Shown here: positions 8,381 through 17,876 of the stretch, in pieces
How the letters are laid out: each line of letters opens with the position of its first letter
How positions within the stretch are numbered: the first letter of the stretch is position 1
Assembly: GCA_041662625.1 (NCBI GenBank)
Contig: JBAZSB010000001.1
Span: forward strand, 1 to 49,571
Length of the DNA: 49,571 bases
Direction of reading: 5' to 3'
From: Patescibacteria group bacterium
GTDB lineage: Bacteria; Patescibacteriota; Patescibacteriia; Buchananbacterales; UBA6539
Made by a program: the position numbers and the translations under genes
The notes under the pieces: generated by a model
What the model saw: the letters and a program-made list of their open reading frames with translations, nothing else
The model's database searches: none
Told to the model about the DNA's origin: nothing

Positions 8381-10063
8381 ATGAAGATTTCTAATCAAAA
8401 ATTAAAACTTTTAGTTCAGGAATTGGATTTAGTGCCTCAGGAAAGACTGGAGGCGGCTTATAATTATGCAGAAAAAAATAACCGGCCGTTGGCTGAAGTT
8501 TTGGCGGAAAGTGATTTAATTTCTGATGACCACTTGGGTCAGATTATTGCCGATGAACTAAAATATGATTTTATTGATTTAGATAAGGTAGCAATCCCCG
8601 AAGAAGTTTTGAATTTAATTCCTAAAGTCATGGCGAAAAAGCAAAAGGTGGTTGCTTTTGATCGAACTGAAGAAGGAATTAAATTAGCCATGGTTAATCC
8701 GGGGAATTTAACGGTTATTAATTTACTGGAGAAAAAAACTGGTCAGCCAATAATCCCTTATCTCACGACAGAAATGAATATTGAAAGTGCCTTGGCGAAA
8801 TATCAGAAGGGGATTCAAAGAGAGTTTGCCGATATTATCCAGGAAAATATTAGTCAGGCCAAAAAAGGCGCTAAGGCCGAAGATTTACCCGTGATTAAAA
8901 TTGTTGATACCATTTTGGAATATGCCTACGAAAACCGGGCTTCGGATATCCATATTGAACCCGGGGAGGAAAAAACTTTAATTCGTTTCCGCCTCGACGG
9001 TATTTTGCATGATATTATTTATTTGCCCAAAGAACTTAATGACTTGGTGGTTACCCGAATTAAAATCATGGCCAAGCTCAGAACGGATGAACATCGGGCC
9101 GCCCAAGACGGAAAAATCAGAGTCAAATTTGAAAACGAAAAAGTTGATGTTCGAATTTCAATTGTGCCAATTGTTGAAGGCGAAAAAATCGTAATGCGCT
9201 TGCTCTCCGAAAGGAATCGCCAACTCGGTTTAGAAGACCTGGGGTTAAATGGCGAAGATTTGGTTAAATTAAAGAAGGAATATACCAAACCTTATGGCAT
9301 GATTTTAGCCACCGGGCCGACTGGGTCTGGTAAATCCACCACTCTTTATGCGATTTTGAAAATTTTGAACCGTCGGGAGGTTAATATTTCCACCATTGAA
9401 GACCCGGTTGAATATGATATCGAAGGCATTAATCAAATCCAGGTTAATCCGAAAACTAGTTTAACTTTTGCCAATGGCCTGCGGTCAATTTTGCGCCAGG
9501 ACCCCGATATTATCATGGTTGGTGAAATTCGTGATGAGGAAACCGCCGATATGGCCATTAATTCCGCCATGACCGGCCATTTAGTTTTATCCACCCTCCA
9601 TACTAATGATGCACCAACGGCTCTACCGCGATTTTTAGAGATGGGCATGGAACCTTTTTTAATTGCTTCCACCGTTAATATTATTATTGCCCAGCGCTTA
9701 GTGCGGAAAAATTGTAGCCAATGTATCGTGAGTGAAGAGACAAGCTCAGAACAATTAAAGACTAAATTTTCCCCCACTTTAATTGATAAGTACTTCGGCC
9801 CCGATAAAAAAAACATCAGAATTTACCACGGTAAAGGTTGCCAGGTTTGTGGTGGCACTGGTTACTCCGGCCGCGTCGGAATTTTTGAAGTTTTAGTTGT
9901 CAGTGAGGCGATTCGCGATTTGATTATGCGCCGGGCTAATGCGGATGAACTCAGAGAGCAGGCCATCAAAGAAGGGATGCGGACAATGATTGAGGATGGG
10001 ATCAGAAAAGTTTTGGCCGGAGTCACAACTATTGAAGAAGTCTTGAGGGCTACGAGAGAATAG
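8381..10063 (+). CDS. pilB: Type IV pilus / type II secretion assembly ATPase (PilB/GspE family)
   Basis: 560 aa. Walker A GPTGSGKST, Asp box, Walker B IIMVGEIRD, His box and a tetracysteine motif CSQC...CQVCGGTGY. Confidence 0.9.
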   Translation: MKISNQKLKLLVQELDLVPQERLEAAYNYAEKNNRPLAEVLAESDLISDDHLGQIIADELKYDFIDLDKVAIPEEVLNLIPKVMAKKQKVVAFDRTEEGIKLAMVNPGNLTVINLLEKKTGQPIIPYLTTEMNIESALAKYQKGIQREFADIIQENISQAKKGAKAEDLPVIKIVDTILEYAYENRASDIHIEPGEEKTLIRFRLDGILHDIIYLPKELNDLVVTRIKIMAKLRTDEHRAAQDGKIRVKFENEKVDVRISIVPIVEGEKIVMRLLSERNRQLGLEDLGLNGEDLVKLKKEYTKPYGMILATGPTGSGKSTTLYAILKILNRREVNISTIEDPVEYDIEGINQIQVNPKTSLTFANGLRSILRQDPDIIMVGEIRDEETADMAINSAMTGHLVLSTLHTNDAPTALPRFLEMGMEPFLIASTVNIIIAQRLVRKNCSQCIVSEETSSEQLKTKFSPTLIDKYFGPDKKNIRIYHGKGCQVCGGTGYSGRVGIFEVLVVSEAIRDLIMRRANADELREQAIKEGMRTMIEDGIRKVLAGVTTIEEVLRATRE

Positions 10064-10120
10064 ATATAAGGTTCCAACTTGGGTGGGTGATTTCCTTATC
10101 ATGTAACATACAGTATGGAA

Positions 10121-10285
10121 CAAGCACCAAATTCAAAATCACAAATTCCAAGCAAATCTCAAATTCCAATTTTTAAAATCCGAAACGGCAATCCTAAGAG
10201 TTTTGAATTTATAATTTTGGTAATTGTAATTTGTTTGGTATTTGAGATTTGTAATTTGTAATTTTATCATTGGTGTTTGGTGCTT
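10121..10285. repeat. Long imperfect hairpin repeat H2
   Basis: Left arm caagcaccaaattcaaaatcacaaattcc... is complementary to right arm ...atttgtaatttgtaattttatcattggtgtttggtgctt. Same word family as H1 and H3. Confidence 0.7.
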
Positions 10286-10315
10286 ATACTTCAGACTTTA
10301 TAAAGGTCATTCTGA

Positions 10316-10429
10316 CTTCCAGTCAATAGTGGTTTAAAATTAGGTTTTCTAATTAATTTTGGGAAAGCTGGCGGTGTGGAAATTATCCGTCGGGTCTATG
10401 ACAAGACTCGGTCTAAAAATTCCGCATAA
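10316..10429 (+). pseudogene. 3'-terminal remnant of a GxxExxY-family gene
   Basis: The frame reads LPVNSGLKLGFLINFGKAGGVEIIRRVYDKTRSKNSA*, resembling the conserved C-terminus of GxxExxY proteins. An in-frame stop lies immediately upstream and there is no N-terminal part. Confidence 0.5.
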
Positions 10430-10459
10430 TTCCGTTTATTTCCGCGTTATTCCGTGCCT

Positions 10460-11689
10460 ATGAAATTTTCTTACATTGTCATCGATGCTGGCAGTAAAAT
10501 CAAAAAAGGGGTAATCGAGGCGGCTAATTTAAAAGAGGCGACCCGATTATTAATTGACCAAGGTTGGTATATTAAAAAAATCAGTCCGCGTGGGGGATTA
10601 AAAACTGGTTGGCATGATTTTACTCTTGGTGGTGTATCTTTGCTAGAAAAAGTTTTATTAGCTAAGCATCTGTTAACGATGCTCAAATCGGGGATTAATC
10701 TCAATGAAGCTTTGGAAGTGATTGCCAATCAGTCAAACTCGAAAAAATTCAAGATTGTGGTGGGCAAAATTGTGGAAAAAGTGAAAACCGGTCAAAGTTT
10801 AGCCAATGCGATGGCGGCTTTTCCTAAAATTTTTGATCCTTTAATAATTAATATTATCCGGGTCGGAGAAGAAAGCGGAACCCTAGAGGAAAATCTGCAG
10901 TATTTGGCTGATGAATTAGAGGATCGTTTGGAGATCAGAAGGAGTATTAAAACTGCTGCTTTTTATCCTTCAATTATATTATCGGCCACTTTTGGTTTAG
11001 GTTTGGTTTTAGCATATTTTGTTTTGCCAAAAATTACTCGTTTATTCAGAAGTTTAAGTTTTGAACTGCCATTATCAACTAGAATCTTGCTTTGGGCGGC
11101 TAATTTCATGGATCAGCACGGCCTCCAGTTAATTGTGGGAATTATTATTGGTCTGATTGCCCTTAGGATACTGATTACCTTGAAAGCGTTTAAGCCCATT
11201 TGGCATAGTTTTCTTTTAAAAGTTCCAATTATCAATGACATTATAATTAATTACAATTTAGTTTTAATCAGTCGGACTTTAGGGATATTATTGAAAAGCG
11301 GTTTGACTATTGATCAGGCCATTACTATCTCAGTTCAGACCACTAATAATTTCGTTTATAAAAAAAAGCTGCAGCTGTCATTACCCCAGATTCAAAAAGG
11401 TAAAAGTTTTTCTGATATTTTGGCCAGTTTTCGCCAGTCCAAAAGGGTGCCGCTTTTTCCACTCTTGGCTATTAAAATGATTAATATTGGTGAAAGAAGC
11501 GGCCGGCTGGAGGAATCCTTGTCTTACTTGGCTGATTATTTTCAGAAAGAAGTTGATAACACCACGAAAAATTTAACTATGATTTTAGAGCCAATTTTAT
11601 TAATCATTGTCGGTTTGGTTGTCGGTTTCGTGGCGGTTTCGGTGATTTCGCCAATTTATCAAGTGACTGGCCAATTTCGACAATATTGA
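10460..11689 (+). CDS. pilC: Type IV pilus platform protein (PilC/GspF family)
   Basis: About 409 aa with two GspF repeats and three TM segments (GEESGTLEE / GERSGRLEE). ATG at 10460 preferred over GTG at 10454. Confidence 0.9.
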   Translation: MKFSYIVIDAGSKIKKGVIEAANLKEATRLLIDQGWYIKKISPRGGLKTGWHDFTLGGVSLLEKVLLAKHLLTMLKSGINLNEALEVIANQSNSKKFKIVVGKIVEKVKTGQSLANAMAAFPKIFDPLIINIIRVGEESGTLEENLQYLADELEDRLEIRRSIKTAAFYPSIILSATFGLGLVLAYFVLPKITRLFRSLSFELPLSTRILLWAANFMDQHGLQLIVGIIIGLIALRILITLKAFKPIWHSFLLKVPIINDIIINYNLVLISRTLGILLKSGLTIDQAITISVQTTNNFVYKKKLQLSLPQIQKGKSFSDILASFRQSKRVPLFPLLAIKMINIGERSGRLEESLSYLADYFQKEVDNTTKNLTMILEPILLIIVGLVVGFVAVSVISPIYQVTGQFRQY

Positions 11690-12151
11690 ATGATTTTTTA
11701 TTCAATGAGAGGTTTTACCTTAATCGAACTAATAATAGTTCTAGGAATATTGGCGGCGGTGGCAGTTTTAAGCCTGCCTTTTGTTCAGTCTTTTCAGGTC
11801 TCCTCTGATTTATATACTTACGTTGATACAATTAACCGGACTCTCCAACGAGCCCAGCAGCAAGCAATCGCTGGCCAGGAAAGCTCAAGTTGGGGGGTTT
11901 ATTTTGATAATCCTAATAAAAAGTTTATTTTATTTAAGGGGGATAATTATGCCAGCCGGGATCCGGATTACGACCAGGAAACTAAGTATCCGGCTGTTTT
12001 TAGTATTAGTACTGATTTTGGTGATGAAATTAATTTTTCTTTATACTCGGGCAGCCCTTCAGTAGTAGGAACAACCACCATCATCAGCTCAAATAATGAA
12101 ACTAAGTATATTGTTATTAAAGACTCCGGGTTAATCCAAATTAATGATTAA
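11690..12151 (+). CDS. Prepilin-type N-terminal cleavage/methylation domain protein (minor pilin)
   Basis: MIFYSMRG|FTLIELIIVLGILAAVAV class III signal. The start overlaps the pilC stop (TGAATG). Confidence 0.8.
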   Translation: MIFYSMRGFTLIELIIVLGILAAVAVLSLPFVQSFQVSSDLYTYVDTINRTLQRAQQQAIAGQESSSWGVYFDNPNKKFILFKGDNYASRDPDYDQETKYPAVFSISTDFGDEINFSLYSGSPSVVGTTTIISSNNETKYIVIKDSGLIQIND

Positions 12152-14882
12152 ACTTTTTTATCATAATAGAAAAGGTTTTAGTCTAGTGGAATTAATTTTA
12201 GCCATTGCTTTATTTGGTTTATTTGCTACGGCTTTAATTGGTCTTTTGGTGAATTCTTATGGCAGTGATTTTCAGGCGGAAGAAAGAGAAAAAGCCAATC
12301 TTTATGTTCAGGAAGGTTTGGAAGCAGTTTGGTCAGTCCGTCGGCAAGCCTGGAATTTATTAACTAATGGTGATCATGGTTTGGATAAATCCAGCGGCTA
12401 CTGGCAATTTTCTGGCAGCCCCGATTTACTGGAAGAAAAATACACTCGAACGCTTACAATTAATGACGCTTGCCGGAATTCAGGCGGTGATATTATTGAT
12501 TGTTCAGTGGGGGGAGCTTTAGTTGATCTTCATACCAAAAAAGCAACAGTTGTTGTTACTTATCCCGCAATTACCGGCATCATTAACCGGCTTGCGCTTT
12601 CAGCATATCTAACCACCTGGCAATCAAAAGATTTCATCCAAACCGACTGGTCCGGGGGCGGGGGACAAACCATTTGGTCCAGTGCGAATCGTTATAGCAG
12701 TGATGACGGTAACCTTAATGTTTTAAATGTTGGGCAAGTCACTTTAGCCGGTTCAAGTGGTGGCGGCTGTGGCAGTAAAATTTGGTATTTTGATAACGCA
12801 GATGATTACACGCTTTCTGATTTGGCCAAGATTGAAGTGGCTAATGGTTTTGCTCAGCTTGTAGCCGGTTTGGGTCCATCCACTTCCGGAGCAAGTGTCA
12901 ACGCTGGTTTTACCAGTAGGCTTACTCCTTGGACTTTTGGCCGGTGGGGCACGACGAATCCCAGTGGCGCGCGAGCCAGTTCGGGTGGTAATCCCGGTGG
13001 TTATGCCAAGATTACTTTTCCCTATACCAGGAATGTAGTGGCGGGTGGTTATTTTCAGCAATCATTTACTGTCAGTGCCCAGACAATTGCTAGCGCCACG
13101 CTAAATTTAGATTGGAGAATTTCCCAATATAGTCGGCTAGCCGACAGCTTCATTTTGTATGCTTTTGTTGATACTGCTCCCGGTGCTCCCACTCTGGGTC
13201 AGGAGGTCTGGAGCTCTGGCAATCAGACCGGGGCTGTTCCTTGGACTCGAGTAACAGGAATTGACGTCTCCAGTAAAATCACTGGCCCGGGCACCTATTA
13301 TCTTAAAATTGTTGCTTATGTCGATTATCCCAGCAGCAATGCCCGTTACACTGTTGGTTTTGATAATGTGTTATTAAATTGGTCTGGTTATTCTGGCGCC
13401 AGCTATCCTACCGATCGGCCATCAGTTAATCCCACTTTGCCTTATTCAGTCAGTGAAATTGATGCCTGGTCTGCTTTTACGGAAGTGGCGACTAAAAATG
13501 GCGGGGAAATTTATTACCAATTGTCTGATGGCGCAATTTGGTATTGGTGGAATGGCAGCGGTTGGTTTCCGGCTAATACTGGTTTGGGCACAACTGATTA
13601 TAATCTGGCCAGCGAAGTTAACGCCAATATTGCTTCTTTTCCCATTACCAGCGGCCAGATATTGTTCAAAGCTTTTTTGGCTTCAAGTGGTTCCCAGCAG
13701 GTGCAGCTTGATGAAATCAAAATTTCTTGTGCCCAGTATTATGACTGGCCATTTGATACGCCTTCAGACTATACCTATAATCCAACTGAAATTGACGTGG
13801 CTGATGGTTTCGCCCAGCTAGTTGGCGACAGTTTTTGTACCGGTATACCTGACGCTTGTGATACCTTTAGTGACCAAGCATCATGCGAAGGCCAAAGCGA
13901 CTGTGCTTGGACTGCCGGTATTGGCAGTTGCCAGAATAATGGCAGCTGTTCTGCTCTATCTCGAAATCAATGTAGTACCTGCAGTACCGGCGGTTGCTAT
14001 CGCAGTGGTAATCGCTGCCGCGGTACGCTGAACTGTTCGGCTTATGATCAGACTTCCTGTAGTAGCTGCAGTCAATGTCGTTGGGTTATAAGTGGTGGTT
14101 CCTGCAGCGGCAGCTCTGACGCTTGTGATACCTTTAGTGACCAAGCCTCATGCGAAGGCCAAATTAGCTGCCTGTGGTCTGGTCTTTATCCTGTTAGTTC
14201 AAGTATTCAATCAACTAGTCCATATAATACTCCTAATGTTTGGGAATATACTGCCTTTGTGGAAAACGCGACCAAAAATGGGGGGGAAATTTATTATCAA
14301 CTTTCGATTAATGATGTGCCTGACCGATGGTATTGGTGGGATAGCAGTAGTAGTCAGGTTAATAAGTGGGTGATTGCCGGGAGTGGTAATTACAATTTAG
14401 CGAGTGAAATTAACGCTAATATTGCTATCTTTCCTACTTCCACTAGCCAAATTATGTTCAGAGCTTTTCTGATTGGTGATGGAACGCAGCCAATTCAATT
14501 AAATAATGTCCGGATTGGCTGGGGCGAGTCAGTTGATAGTAGTGGTTATGCGCCTTTTGGTTATTTGATTTCCTCGGCCTTTAATATGGGGGAAGCGGCC
14601 GCACCCAGTATTATTAAATGGACTGAAGTCATTCCGGCTTGTTCACCAGCTTGCAGTATAAAATTGCAGGTTCGAACCGCACCGGACATTGGTGGTTCTC
14701 CTGGCAGTTGGAGTAACTGGTATGGTGCAACCGGTAGTGGGACTTATTTTACTAATCCAGCCGGTAGTCTTATATCTTCGGACTTAAATTTTAACCAGTG
14801 GCTCCAGTACCGGGTCGAATTGAATGGCGATGGCATTGCCACGCCAATTTTAGAGGAAGTTAAAATTAATTATTTACCATGA
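12144..14882 (+). CDS. Giant pilin-like protein (912 aa) with internally duplicated modules and Cys-rich linkers
   Basis: N-terminus ...NRKG|FSLVELILAIALFGLF. Duplicated modules (ATKNGGEIYYQLS...NLASE(V/I)NANIA...) and two near-identical DACDTFSDQASCEGQ segments. Confidence 0.75.
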   Translation: MIKLFYHNRKGFSLVELILAIALFGLFATALIGLLVNSYGSDFQAEEREKANLYVQEGLEAVWSVRRQAWNLLTNGDHGLDKSSGYWQFSGSPDLLEEKYTRTLTINDACRNSGGDIIDCSVGGALVDLHTKKATVVVTYPAITGIINRLALSAYLTTWQSKDFIQTDWSGGGGQTIWSSANRYSSDDGNLNVLNVGQVTLAGSSGGGCGSKIWYFDNADDYTLSDLAKIEVANGFAQLVAGLGPSTSGASVNAGFTSRLTPWTFGRWGTTNPSGARASSGGNPGGYAKITFPYTRNVVAGGYFQQSFTVSAQTIASATLNLDWRISQYSRLADSFILYAFVDTAPGAPTLGQEVWSSGNQTGAVPWTRVTGIDVSSKITGPGTYYLKIVAYVDYPSSNARYTVGFDNVLLNWSGYSGASYPTDRPSVNPTLPYSVSEIDAWSAFTEVATKNGGEIYYQLSDGAIWYWWNGSGWFPANTGLGTTDYNLASEVNANIASFPITSGQILFKAFLASSGSQQVQLDEIKISCAQYYDWPFDTPSDYTYNPTEIDVADGFAQLVGDSFCTGIPDACDTFSDQASCEGQSDCAWTAGIGSCQNNGSCSALSRNQCSTCSTGGCYRSGNRCRGTLNCSAYDQTSCSSCSQCRWVISGGSCSGSSDACDTFSDQASCEGQISCLWSGLYPVSSSIQSTSPYNTPNVWEYTAFVENATKNGGEIYYQLSINDVPDRWYWWDSSSSQVNKWVIAGSGNYNLASEINANIAIFPTSTSQIMFRAFLIGDGTQPIQLNNVRIGWGESVDSSGYAPFGYLISSAFNMGEAAAPSIIKWTEVIPACSPACSIKLQVRTAPDIGGSPGSWSNWYGATGSGTYFTNPAGSLISSDLNFNQWLQYRVELNGDGIATPILEEVKINYLP

Positions 14883-14883
14883 T

Positions 14884-15028
14884 AAAATTTCAAATCAAAA
14901 ATCTCAAATTTCAAACAAATTACAATATCCAAAATCCAAAATCACAAACGGCTAAGATCGGCGTTTTGGATTTAAAACATTGTAATTTGGAATTTGTTTG
15001 GAACTTGGTGCTTGGTGCTTGTAATTTT
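14884..15028. repeat. Long imperfect hairpin repeat H3
   Basis: ...caaatttcaaacaaattacaat... is complementary to ...attgtaatttggaatttgtttgg, ending ttggtgcttggtgctt. Lies between the giant pilin stop and the next pilin-like gene. Confidence 0.7.
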
Positions 15029-15520
15029 CGCCGAAGACGAGATGGGTTTACTCTAATTGAGCTAATAATTTATCTTGGTATTCTTAGTATTATTTTAGTT
15101 TCGATGTCTTATTTAATGCTTGATATTTTAGGCGGGCAAACGAAAATTTATGGTAACCAAGACGTCAATCAGAATTTGAGGTTCATTAGCAATTATTTAA
15201 TTAAAGATATTAGGGCAGCAAGTGATATTAATAGTTTAAGCGCTGACACTTTAGTTTTAGTTATGCCTGGTGAGGATATTACCTATAATTTTGACAGCGC
15301 CGAAGATAGATTGACTCGTCAACTGGGTAGCAATGAGCCAGTTCAGTTAAACAGCGACCGAGTGGAAATAACGGGAAATTTTTCCGATCTTTCTTATCTC
15401 AATAAAGCCAAGGAAGTTGGTGTCTATTTAGTAATTTTTTATAAAAATCCGGATAATTTACCTGATTATAATGCCAGTACTACCAGTGCTTTTAGCGTGG
15501 GCTTAAGGGGTCGGCGCTGA
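15005..15520 (+). CDS. Prepilin-type minor pilin
   Basis: RRRRDG|FTLIELIIYLGILSIIL signature. The listed start at 14879 translates repeat H3, so a TTG/GTG start at 15005/15008 is proposed. The exact start is uncertain. Confidence 0.7.
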   Translation: MVLGACNFRRRRDGFTLIELIIYLGILSIILVSMSYLMLDILGGQTKIYGNQDVNQNLRFISNYLIKDIRAASDINSLSADTLVLVMPGEDITYNFDSAEDRLTRQLGSNEPVQLNSDRVEITGNFSDLSYLNKAKEVGVYLVIFYKNPDNLPDYNASTTSAFSVGLRGRR

Positions 15521-15547
15521 GTTTAACTAATTAAGTAATTCATAATA

Positions 15548-15946
15548 ATGAACCGGAATAATCGGCAATTATTAAATGGGAATAAACCAAAAGGCTACAT
15601 TGCTTTAGTCGCTCTTTTGATAATTGCGGCAGCCGCTCTAACTATTGGCATTGCTGTCAGTTTAACCGGTATTGAAGATCTGCAAATTAGTTTTGGTCGA
15701 ACCCAAGCCGAAACGGCAAAAAATCTGGCTAACACCTGTCTGGAAGATGGCCTAGAACGTCTGCGTAATAGCTGGGGTAGTTACTCGGGTTCATTGTCAG
15801 TTGGGGAGAATTCTTGTATAATAAGGACAGATATTGATGGCAGTACAGCCATTTTGCACGCCACCGGGACAGTTGGTATCTATACGCAAAAAATTCAAAT
15901 TCAAGTCGATAATAATTTAGATGTTGTGACTTGGCAGGAAGAATAA
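15548..15946 (+). CDS. Pilus-associated protein with N-terminal hydrophobic helix (PilX-like, tentative)
   Basis: 132 aa with KGYIALVALLIIAAAALTIGIAV near the N-terminus. Position within the pilin gene run. Confidence 0.5.
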   Translation: MNRNNRQLLNGNKPKGYIALVALLIIAAAALTIGIAVSLTGIEDLQISFGRTQAETAKNLANTCLEDGLERLRNSWGSYSGSLSVGENSCIIRTDIDGSTAILHATGTVGIYTQKIQIQVDNNLDVVTWQEE

Positions 15947-15973
15947 TTATTTTTTAGATTAAGAAGCTATCCT

Positions 15974-17761
15974 ATGATTAAAAAACAAATTTTTGGTCTC
16001 GATATTTCTGATCATTCGATGGAAGCTTTGGTAATCAGCAAACCTAGTTTTGCCCCGCCGAAGATTGTTTCTTATTCGCGAATAATTTTAGAGGGTGAAG
16101 TGGTAAAAAACGGGGTTATCAAAAATAAGGCCAAGCTGGCGGAAAATATTACCAAACTTTTAAACTCGGCCCAGCCCCAGCCGATCAAAACGCCTCATTG
16201 TATTTTATCTTTGCCAGAATCGCAGGTTTTCACTACGATTTTTAAATTACCGTCTGGCTTAAAATATAAAGAGGTAAAAAGTACTATTCCTTACAAGGCC
16301 GAAGAGGTTATCCCGTTTAAGTCAGGTGAAGTTTATTTTGATTTTAAAACCATCAGCGTTCAAGGTGCCACCCAGGAGATTTTCTATGCGGCCGTGCCAA
16401 TGAAAATAGTTGATGGCTATGTTGATATTTTGCGAAGTCTTAATCTTGAGCCGGTGGCTTTTGATTTAGAATCTGTCAGTTTAGGCCGAGTGCTATTGCC
16501 CCAAACCAAAAAATCAGGCAACGCCAAATTGTTAATTGATATTGGGGCGCGAACTACCAATCTTAATGTTTTTGATCGGGCCGGTATCAGGCAAAGTTTA
16601 GTGATTAATATTGCGGGTGAACGTTTTTCCAAAGCCGTGGCGACAAAATTAAATATCGATTTAAAACAAGCCGAAGAGCTGAAAAAAAAGAACGGCTTTG
16701 ATCCCAAAAAGCAGGAAGGAAAAGTCTTATTAGTTTTGCAGAATGAATTTAAACGGATTATTGACGAAACTAAAAAACTAATTGAGTATTACCAAACACA
16801 AAATCAAAGGCAGATTGATGAAATAATTTTAGTGGGTGGCTCAGCTTTATTGCCCAAGCTGGATCAGTATTTGGCGGACAATTTGGGGATTCAGGTTAAT
16901 GTTGGCAAACCTTTAGATAAGGTGGTTGATCCCCAGGGCCTGACCGGCGCTAAAAGTAAGGCCGTTTTGTTTGCTAATGTGGCTGGTTTAGCTTTACGGG
17001 CAATTACTAAAAATCCAGTCAGTGATGATATCAATTTACTACCGGTTAAAAGCAGGCGGTTTACCCTATTACCTGGCCGAATGGAAAAGCGAGCTTGGCG
17101 TTTTATTTATATCCGTTTAGCAATTTTTACGGTTTTAATTATTGCTTTTTTTGGAGTTTTCTCTTTACGAAATTCAGGCAAAGATTTGTACCAAAAGTTT
17201 TTTCCTCAGCCTAAATATGAAACTACGACTGATTCAGGAATTGACGCTAATGTCTTGGATGCGCTGAGAGAAAAAATGTTGACCCCAACAACGACGCCAA
17301 CTACCACCCCAGATATAGTTTTGAAGAAAATCAAAATTAAAAAAACTACTTCTGGTTTTCTGAATGTTCGATCAGGGGCTGGCGCCAGTTATTCATCAGT
17401 TGGTCAAGTAAACTCTGAAGCTGAATTTGACGTCCTTGATGAACAAAATGGTTGGTATCAGATTAAATTTAGCGGTGAAAATTTAGGTTGGGTTTCCGGC
17501 AGTTTTGTTGATCTGATTGAAGTTAAACCGGAAGTTTTAGGGGAAGCAATCGAATTACCGGCCAAGGTTAAAATTAGAGAGACCGAGCTAGGTTATCTGA
17601 ATCTAAGAGAAGGCCCGGCCAGTAGTTCGACTAAAATCGGTGAAGCTTTATCCGGGCAAGAATATGTGGTTTTGGCCGAAGAGAATGGCTGGTACAAGAT
17701 TCAATTCAATCAAGAAACAGTCGGCTGGGTTTCCTCTCTTTATGTTGATAAATCAGAATAG
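15974..17761 (+). CDS. pilM: PilM-like actin-fold protein fused to a PilN-like TM segment and two SH3b-like domains
   Basis: N-terminal ~340 aa resemble PilM (GLDISDHS..., LVGGSALLP). TM segment WRFIYIRLAIFTVLIIAFFGVF. Two C-terminal repeats of the type G(F/Y)LN(V/L)R.G...NGWY(Q/K)I(K/Q)F. Confidence 0.75.
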   Translation: MIKKQIFGLDISDHSMEALVISKPSFAPPKIVSYSRIILEGEVVKNGVIKNKAKLAENITKLLNSAQPQPIKTPHCILSLPESQVFTTIFKLPSGLKYKEVKSTIPYKAEEVIPFKSGEVYFDFKTISVQGATQEIFYAAVPMKIVDGYVDILRSLNLEPVAFDLESVSLGRVLLPQTKKSGNAKLLIDIGARTTNLNVFDRAGIRQSLVINIAGERFSKAVATKLNIDLKQAEELKKKNGFDPKKQEGKVLLVLQNEFKRIIDETKKLIEYYQTQNQRQIDEIILVGGSALLPKLDQYLADNLGIQVNVGKPLDKVVDPQGLTGAKSKAVLFANVAGLALRAITKNPVSDDINLLPVKSRRFTLLPGRMEKRAWRFIYIRLAIFTVLIIAFFGVFSLRNSGKDLYQKFFPQPKYETTTDSGIDANVLDALREKMLTPTTTPTTTPDIVLKKIKIKKTTSGFLNVRSGAGASYSSVGQVNSEAEFDVLDEQNGWYQIKFSGENLGWVSGSFVDLIEVKPEVLGEAIELPAKVKIRETELGYLNLREGPASSSTKIGEALSGQEYVVLAEENGWYKIQFNQETVGWVSSLYVDKSE

Positions 17762-17778
17762 TTTAGTTGTTAATTTTA

Positions 17779-17788
17779 TGATATAATT
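17779..17788 (+). promoter_or_regulatory. Extended -10 (TGaTATAAT) upstream of the major pilin genes
   Basis: atgatataat lies about 90 nt upstream of the pilin ATG, which has a strong SD (aaagggag). Confidence 0.4.
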
Positions 17789-17876
17789 ATTAGGAAGTAG
17801 GAGATAGTGGGTAGGAAGTAAATTACTTAATATATTTATTTAATTAATTAAAGAAGAGAATAAAGGGAGTAAATTT

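Noticed and set aside
14879-15004. N-terminal 42 codons of the listed 213-aa pilin-like ORF (MIKFQIKNLKFQTNYNIQNPKSQ...).
   Set aside because: This is a literal translation of hairpin repeat H3. The prepilin signature starts only after it.
4789-15028. Possible CRISPR array suggested by recurring short words.
   Set aside because: There are no regularly spaced identical direct repeats separated by unique spacers. The words form complementary hairpin arms instead, and no cas genes are present.
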